DNA of 15,001 nucleotides, from positions 1 through 15,001 of the forward strand of contig NZ_QLIR01000028.1 in the NCBI RefSeq assembly GCF_003428155.1, in the 5' to 3' direction. A model generated the notes under the pieces. It saw only the letters and a program-made list of their open reading frames with translations. It was not told the origin of the DNA and searched no databases. The translations under genes and the position numbers were made by a program. Positions 9,248-15,001 of this stretch are shown piece after piece (within the stretch, counting starts at the first letter, position 1; each line of letters opens with the position of its first letter). Source of the DNA: Fastidiosibacter lacustris (GTDB taxonomy: Bacteria > Pseudomonadota > Gammaproteobacteria > Francisellales > Francisellaceae).

Positions 9248-9751
9248 CTAATTATTAAGAAGTTTTTTATCGGAAAAGCGTTTGTCCTTGATATAAATCG
9301 TACGTGTTACAATCGCAATAAGCTCGTTGCTTTTATCATGAATTTTGACTTCTTTCTGCCAGTGAATTTTGCCATGTTGGATCGTTTGAGAAATGATTTC
9401 TTCAATACTCGCTTGATCCAATTTAAACTCACAATAGACAGTTGTCGTGCCTGGTTTTAGATACTTAATTGAAGACTCTTTGTCCCAGATAATATAGTTT
9501 TTGCCTAATAATTGACTAAGCATAAGCGGGTAAAAAGCATCTGTCATTGAAAATAACGAGCCACCAAAGTGAGTACCAAAGTAATTGCGATTGTACCACT
9601 TAAGAGGCATAGCAACTTTTATATGACGATAATCTTTAGCAATATAAAGTGTTTTGATGCTAGCTCCTTTGTATGGACGGTAGCGATTTAAAACAAACCG
9701 TAATAAGCTTACCGGCATTTTAGCAAGGAGCTTGCGAATTTGGCTGTGCAT
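9248..9751 (-). CDS. DUF4442 / hotdog-fold thioesterase-like protein
   Basis: 167 aa; MPLKWYNRNYFGTHFGGSLFSMTDAFYPLML and IKYLKPGTTTVYCEF match the DUF4442 hotdog-fold pattern. Confidence 0.75.
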   Translation of the reverse strand: MHSQIRKLLAKMPVSLLRFVLNRYRPYKGASIKTLYIAKDYRHIKVAMPLKWYNRNYFGTHFGGSLFSMTDAFYPLMLSQLLGKNYIIWDKESSIKYLKPGTTTVYCEFKLDQASIEEIISQTIQHGKIHWQKEVKIHDKSNELIAIVTRTIYIKDKRFSDKKLLNN

Positions 9752-9854
9752 GTACTTTCCTCAAAGCTTCGTAACATAAAATTAACTATTTCCAATTTAC
9801 TACAAAATCAAGTTTTAAATGGACAACTTGATTCTTCCTGTGAATAACTTAATT

Positions 9855-9983
9855 CTAATAAGGTGAGGAATGACCTGTCCTACACACTTGAAGTGATTTA
9901 TGGCTACGTTCACTAGTGAAACTTGCACTAACAACAAATGAGCTTGCTATCAATAGTCTGGTAGTTCTGTTTTTCATTTGCAT
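9855..9983 (-). CDS. Possible unlisted small ORF, 42 codons, signal-peptide-like N-terminus
   Basis: ATG at 9983: MQMKNRTTRLLIASSFVVSASFTSERSHKSLQVCRTGHSSPY*, with AAAAGG upstream. No homologue recognised. Confidence 0.2.
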   Translation of the reverse strand: MQMKNRTTRLLIASSFVVSASFTSERSHKSLQVCRTGHSSPY

Positions 9984-10106
9984 AAAACCTTTTCTTAAAA
10001 ATTATCAGCATTTACCTTATATCCTCCTAAAGCCTCTTTGTATAGATTAAGCGTAACCCTGTCTTTATTATGTTAAGCTATTAATCAAACTTTCATGTAT
10101 AAACAT

Positions 10107-10592
10107 TTATACTCTATCTGACTTTTTAAAACTCATAACAATTAAAATTCCAGCACCAATACAAATAGCTGAGTCGGCGATATTAAAGGCTGGCCAGTGA
10201 TAGTTGTTGATATGGAAATCCAAGAAATCAACAACGTAACCATGAATCATCCGATCATATAAGTTACCTAACGCGCCACCTAAAATAAGCGCTAAAGCGC
10301 AAGCTATTATATTTTTGTCTTTAGTTAGTTTGATTAACCAAATGAGGATAATTATTGATACAACAATTGCAATAGTAGAAAATAAAACCAATTGCCACAT
10401 GGTGTCGGCATTACTTAAAAAACTAAAGGCCGCACCGAAGTTGTGTAATAATGTTAAGTTGAAAAAAGCTAGCATTTTAACTGGCTTAGCATAAGTAAGC
10501 GTGGTGGAAGCAATATATTTTGTGCCAAGGTCAATTAAGATCACAACAATACTTAGCCACAACCAGCGGATTTGAGTATTACGCAAATTCAC
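10107..10592 (-). CDS. lspA: Lipoprotein signal peptidase (signal peptidase II)
   Basis: [47 protein letters not shown] and [14 protein letters not shown] include the catalytic Asp motifs. Overlaps the ileS 3' end by 14 nt. Confidence 0.97.
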   Translation of the reverse strand: MNLRNTQIRWLWLSIVVILIDLGTKYIASTTLTYAKPVKMLAFFNLTLLHNFGAAFSFLSNADTMWQLVLFSTIAIVVSIIILIWLIKLTKDKNIIACALALILGGALGNLYDRMIHGYVVDFLDFHINNYHWPAFNIADSAICIGAGILIVMSFKKSDRV

Positions 10593-13389
10593 GCGCTTCC
10601 CCTTCTATTGAATCGATATTTTCAATACAGCGCTGGCAAATATCAGGGTGTTCGCAACTTGTGCCGACATCTTCACGGCGATGCCAACAACGTTCACATT
10701 TTTGTGCAGTTGATTTATCAACAACGATGCTAAGACCCTTAATATCAGTTTCAAGGGCATTTAGTGGCTTTTTGGTTAATGGTAGTAATTGCGCACTTGA
10801 AACAATTAATGCAAAGCGTAGCTCATCTTTAAGCTTAGCTAAATGATTATAAAGCGTGTCATCAGCAAAGAGCGTAACACAGGCTTCAAGGGACGCACCT
10901 AAAACCCCTTCTGTACGCTTTGCTTCAAGGAGTTTATTACACTCACTTCTAACATCTTGAACAATTTGCCAATAATCCAAATTAAATGGGCGATGATAAG
11001 GGATTGTAGTTAGTCCTTGATACCATTCACAAAGAATCAGATCAGGTTTATCCTCTCCCGGAATAGCTTCATAAATTTCATCGGCAGTAAAGCAAAGAAT
11101 AGGTGACATCCAGCGAACTAAGGCGTGAATGATGTGATACATCGCTGTTTGTGCCGATTTTCTAGGTTTGCCATTAGTTTTGGCTGTGTATTGACGATCT
11201 TTTATGACATCAAGATAGAAACTGCCCATATCAATTGAACAGAAATGGTGGATCTGTTGTGCTACAACGTGGAAGTTGTATTCATCGTATGCTGCAATAA
11301 TTTTTTGTTGCACTTCATAAGCCTTGGCAATAGCCCATTGATCCAATGCCACAAGCTTATCAAATGGCAAAAGATCATTCTTGGGATTAAAACCTTCTAA
11401 GTTTGACAGAAGAAAGCGTGCCGTATTGCGTAAACGGCGATAAGTATCGGCGTTACGCTTTAAAATTTCATCCGATACTGTCATCTCAGAGCGATAGTCG
11501 GTTGCAGCGACCCAAAGCCTAAGAATATCGGCACCTAGCGTGTTGACAACATCTTGAGGAGAAACGACATTCCCCAGTGATTTAGACATTTTTTTACCAT
11601 GGGCATCGACTGTAAAGCCATGAGTAAGTACCTGTTTAAAAGGTGCTTGATCACAACGAGCAAGGCTTGTTAACAATGAAGTTTGAAACCAACCACGATG
11701 TTGATCAGATCCTTCAAGGTATAAGTCAGCTGGAAATTGAAGATCTTTATTATACTCAAGCACACAAGCATTAGATGCGCCAGAATCAAACCAAACATCC
11801 AAGGTATCTGTGATACGTTGATAATCGTTTGTTTCGGCAATAAATTGGCTATCATCTGCTTCAAACCAGGCTTCAATACCATCTTTTTCAATCGCAAGGG
11901 CAACTTTTTGAATGATTTCAGATGTTTTAGGGTGGAGTTGTTCTGTGACTTTGTGAATGAATAAAGGAATTGGAACTCCCCATGTGCGTTGGCGTGAGAT
12001 ACACCAATCTGGGCGATCTTTCATCATTGCTTCAATACGACTTCTCCCCCAACTGGGTATCCATTTGACTTCTGTAATACTTTGCTTTGCACGATTACGT
12101 AAATTATTTTTTTCCATGCTGATGAACCATTGGGGTGTAGCACGGAAAATAAGAGGTGTTTTATGGCGCCAGCAATGTGGATAGCTATGCTCAAGCTTTT
12201 TAAAGTTAAGTAAGGCACTATTTTCTTTAAGTACTTCAATTACATGTTCATTGGCTTTAAAGACAAATTCACCTGCAAAAAATTCAGTATCGTTGTTATA
12301 ACAACCATTATTATTAACAGGATTATCAACGGGTAAATTATGGGTTTGACCTAAAGCAAAATCATCTACACCATGAGCAGGAGCTGTGTGCACCAAACCT
12401 GTTCCTGAGTCTACTGTGACATGATCACCATGTAAAACAGGTACAATACGATCATAAAATGGATGGTGTGCTTTTAAATGAGTCAATTGATCACCTGAAA
12501 CTGTGGCAAGGATATGATATGCATCAATATTCGTGCGTTTCATTACAGATTCAACTAACTCTGTTGCGATTATTATATTTTGATTATTGTTAAAATTAAC
12601 AACAGCATACCCAATGTCGTTATGTATGGCGATAGCTTGATTAGCAGGTAACGTCCAAGGCGTTGTTGTCCAAATCACAGCGGCGGTATTTTGAGATAAA
12701 TCCTCTAGACCAAAAGCTTCAGCCCATGCTTGAGTGTTTACAATGGTAAATTTTACATCAATTGCAGGGGAGGTTTTATCTTTGTATTCGACTTCAGCTT
12801 CAGCAAGTGCGGAACCACACTCAGGGCACCAATGAACAGGTTTAAAACCCTTAGTCAAATGACCGTTTTCAATAATTTTGCCAAGAGTACGTACCATATT
12901 GGCTTCATAGTCAAAGTTCATCGTAAGATAAGGATTCTCCCAATCTGCAAGGATACCTAAACGTTTAAAATCCTCAGCTTGGCGCTTAACCTGTTTAGCT
13001 GCATAATTGCGACATTCTTTACGAAAAGAATTAGCATCAATTTTGACATTGGCTTTGCCAACCTTTTTTTCAACTTGAAGCTCAATCGGTAAACCATGAC
13101 AATCCCAACCTGGAACAAAAGGTGCATCAAAGCCAGAGAGCGTTTTTGAACGCACAACTATATCTTTTAAAATCTTGTTGACAGCATGACCAACATGAAT
13201 ATCACCATTGGCATATGGCGGACCATCATGAAGAATAAACTTATCACGTCCTGCAAAATGTTCGCGGATCTTGTTATAAATATCTGCTTTTTCCCATTGT
13301 TTTAAACGCATAGGCTCTTTTTGTGCCAAGTTTGCTTTCATAGCAAACGATGTTTTCGGCAAGTTTAAAGTATCTTTATAGTCAGTCAT
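10579..13389 (-). CDS. ileS: Isoleucyl-tRNA synthetase
   Basis: 936 aa; [22 protein letters not shown] (HIGH motif), [13 protein letters not shown] (KMSKS), DVWFDSGAS, and C-terminal zinc-binding [12 protein letters not shown]...CQRC. Confidence 0.98.
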   Translation of the reverse strand: MTDYKDTLNLPKTSFAMKANLAQKEPMRLKQWEKADIYNKIREHFAGRDKFILHDGPPYANGDIHVGHAVNKILKDIVVRSKTLSGFDAPFVPGWDCHGLPIELQVEKKVGKANVKIDANSFRKECRNYAAKQVKRQAEDFKRLGILADWENPYLTMNFDYEANMVRTLGKIIENGHLTKGFKPVHWCPECGSALAEAEVEYKDKTSPAIDVKFTIVNTQAWAEAFGLEDLSQNTAAVIWTTTPWTLPANQAIAIHNDIGYAVVNFNNNQNIIIATELVESVMKRTNIDAYHILATVSGDQLTHLKAHHPFYDRIVPVLHGDHVTVDSGTGLVHTAPAHGVDDFALGQTHNLPVDNPVNNNGCYNNDTEFFAGEFVFKANEHVIEVLKENSALLNFKKLEHSYPHCWRHKTPLIFRATPQWFISMEKNNLRNRAKQSITEVKWIPSWGRSRIEAMMKDRPDWCISRQRTWGVPIPLFIHKVTEQLHPKTSEIIQKVALAIEKDGIEAWFEADDSQFIAETNDYQRITDTLDVWFDSGASNACVLEYNKDLQFPADLYLEGSDQHRGWFQTSLLTSLARCDQAPFKQVLTHGFTVDAHGKKMSKSLGNVVSPQDVVNTLGADILRLWVAATDYRSEMTVSDEILKRNADTYRRLRNTARFLLSNLEGFNPKNDLLPFDKLVALDQWAIAKAYEVQQKIIAAYDEYNFHVVAQQIHHFCSIDMGSFYLDVIKDRQYTAKTNGKPRKSAQTAMYHIIHALVRWMSPILCFTADEIYEAIPGEDKPDLILCEWYQGLTTIPYHRPFNLDYWQIVQDVRSECNKLLEAKRTEGVLGASLEACVTLFADDTLYNHLAKLKDELRFALIVSSAQLLPLTKKPLNALETDIKGLSIVVDKSTAQKCERCWHRREDVGTSCEHPDICQRCIENIDSIEGEAREFA

Positions 13390-13392
13390 GTT

Positions 13393-14346
13393 TTAAACCT
13401 TTAGATGGGTTATTAGGTTGTGTTGTTTTAACCAGCTTAGCGCTGTGGTTTTATCTTGTTCAATTTGCAGTTTCAGTTCCTCAAAACCAGAGAATTTTTT
13501 CTCGCCACGTAGAAACTGTAGAAACTCAATCGTAACATATTGACCATACAAGTCATGAGCAAAGTTAAAGATATACGTTTCCAATAATCTTAAGCGCCCA
13601 CAAACCGTTGGTCTAACCCCAATATTGGCAATGCCCTGATAGACTTGCCCCTTTAGATGGATATTTACTACATAGACCCCAGAAACTACAACCTGAGTAG
13701 GCATGGGGATATTAATGGTAGGAAAACCAAGTTTGCGACCATTTTGATTACCGTGATGAATGCGTCCACTTAAGGTATAAGAGTGACCCAACAGAGTTTG
13801 CGCTTGTTCAAAATTCCCTTGTTGGAGTAAAATACGAATATAACTACTACTGACGCGGACACCACCATTTTGAACAAAAGAAGGTAAACTCTCAACGTTA
13901 AAACCAAATTTTAGACCAAGCTCTTTTAGTAAGGTAAAGTCACCTTCACGCTTATGACCAAAACGAAAATCATCACCAACGATGACATGTTTGGCATTTA
14001 AGCCGTAAACCAAGATTTTCTCAATAAATTCATGAGGGTCAAGGCTAGCAAGTTTTTGATTAAATGCCAAACACAACACTTGGTCAATATGATGCTTTTG
14101 TAGTGCTTGTAGCTTGTCACGGAAAGGAGTGATGCGTGGCGGGGCCTGATCTTTTAAGAAAAACTCTTTGGGTTGTGGCTCAAAGCAGATGACATTAGAG
14201 GTAAGTCTGAGGGTTTTTGCCAGCTTGGCAACGTGATTAAGAATAGACTGATGTCCTAAGTGCATGCCATCAAAATTGCCAATTGTAACAACGCTAGGTG
14301 TTTTATTTTTACTGCTATTTAAATCTGCAAAGCGTAACAATCGCAT
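13393..14346 (-). CDS. ribF: Bifunctional riboflavin kinase / FAD synthetase
   Basis: 317 aa; VVTIGNFDGMHLGHQSIL, VGDDFRFGHKREGDF, GRKLGFPTINI; ends 3 nt before ileS in the conserved ribF-ileS-lspA order. Confidence 0.96.
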   Translation of the reverse strand: MRLLRFADLNSSKNKTPSVVTIGNFDGMHLGHQSILNHVAKLAKTLRLTSNVICFEPQPKEFFLKDQAPPRITPFRDKLQALQKHHIDQVLCLAFNQKLASLDPHEFIEKILVYGLNAKHVIVGDDFRFGHKREGDFTLLKELGLKFGFNVESLPSFVQNGGVRVSSSYIRILLQQGNFEQAQTLLGHSYTLSGRIHHGNQNGRKLGFPTINIPMPTQVVVSGVYVVNIHLKGQVYQGIANIGVRPTVCGRLRLLETYIFNFAHDLYGQYVTIEFLQFLRGEKKFSGFEELKLQIEQDKTTALSWLKQHNLITHLKV

Positions 14347-14715
14347 GTGGGGTTTAACCTAAATTTTTGTGCACACTGTTTTTGACCTTACTTCACAAGC
14401 AGGTTTGAGAGTACTTTGTGATAAGTGGATAAGCATGCTATTACAACTAGGCTGGTATTATTATATATTAGTGCCCATTTTTCAATTGCTGTCCTTAATT
14501 AACGTGAGCACCCGTTAGGATTATCAGAAAAATGTGTTGAAATACAACTAGATGCAAATAACTATAAACCAGTTGCAACATCAATAATTTTTGTTTATTT
14601 TCCATAGGGAACAAGTTAATCAGTTTTTCTTGCATAAGATGATGAGTATTTACTTATTTTTTTTGCTAAGAATAGTTTTGAAAAAACCAGTTATGATATA
14701 GGCACTGTGTGACGT

Positions 14716-14925
14716 ATGACATCAGAAGCAGATACTAAAGCTAATTACATTGATCCCGCACTAAAAGCCGCGGATTGGCAATCGACAAACATTGTTCGAG
14801 AATACTATTTTACCGATGGACGCAAGTTGGCAGGAGGCATGCGTGGTCGTCGTTGTTTTGTTGATTACCTACTTCACGCCATGTTCAACTTTTTAAATCC
14901 CCAATTTTTCAAACTGTATCGCTAA
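14716..14925 (+). pseudogene. hsdR: Truncated N-terminus of type I restriction endonuclease subunit R (HsdR)
   Basis: MTSEADTKANYIDPALKAADWQSTNIVREYYFTDGRKLAGGMRGRRCFVDYLLH is HsdR N-terminal-like. The following AMFNFLNPQFFKLYR* is unrelated and ends at a stop, giving 69 aa versus a full-length HsdR of many hundreds. Confidence 0.78.
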
Positions 14926-15001
14926 ATAACCTTCACTCTTGCATATGACAGCACTAACGGTATGCGCAAGTACCTTTCTGGCAATTCGCTTCGTTAAATG
15001 C
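14893..15001 (-). mobile_element. C-terminal fragment of a putative DDE transposase (possibly IS982-like) running in from the right edge
   Basis: Minus frame open from the window edge to TAA (14895-14893): HLTKRIARKVLAHTVSAVICKSEGYLAIQFEKLGI*. The RIxRKVLAHT...LxIxxL pattern resembles DDE transposase C-termini, and it abuts the hsdR break. Confidence 0.4.

Noticed and set aside
9821-9880. GGACA...TGTCC inverted pair flanking about 50 nt in the lspA/DUF4442 gap
   Set aside because: Only 5 bp arms with a long loop; expected by chance.
11670-12239. Short same-strand ORFs inside ileS (11670..11903, 12024..12239)
   Set aside because: Out-of-frame within the intact 936-codon ileS frame; no independent support.
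12957-13157. Plus-strand ORFs opposite ileS, ffh, purM, lspA and others (such as 2820..3026, 8651..8887, 11957..12184, 12957..13157)
   Set aside because: They lie antisense within strongly conserved genes, have no recognisable domains or good ribosome sites, and are typical shadow ORFs.
14347-15001. Novel defence system next to hsdR
   Set aside because: Only a truncated HsdR N-terminus and an apparent transposase tail are visible. No other defence-like gene can be supported within the window.

Overview
AT-rich, mostly minus-strand housekeeping segment from a gammaproteobacterium-like chromosome. Reading down the minus strand from the right it carries ribF-ileS-lspA, a DUF4442 hotdog-fold protein, purM-purN, ybeD-lipB, a divergent POT-family (peptide transporter-like) MFS protein, a YccA/Bax-inhibitor-1 protein, ffh (SRP54), rplM-rpsI and sspA-sspB. 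One tRNA-Ser(UGA) lies on the plus strand. The only clearly accessory part is the right edge. There a plus-strand HsdR (type I restriction) N-terminus is cut off after about 54 native-looking codons, and an antiparallel open frame resembling a transposase C-terminus begins at the break, consistent with IS disruption of hsdR. I found no convincing novel defence system, CRISPR array or other new system. Second-look items are the IS/hsdR junction, a POT-like transporter lacking the TM1 ExxER motif, several probable start-codon corrections (purN GTG overlapping the purM stop, yccA, sspA), an unlisted 42-codon ORF with a signal-peptide-like N-terminus between lspA and the DUF4442 gene, and some terminator and promoter candidates. 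Family calls are by recognition of conserved motifs; no database search was run.
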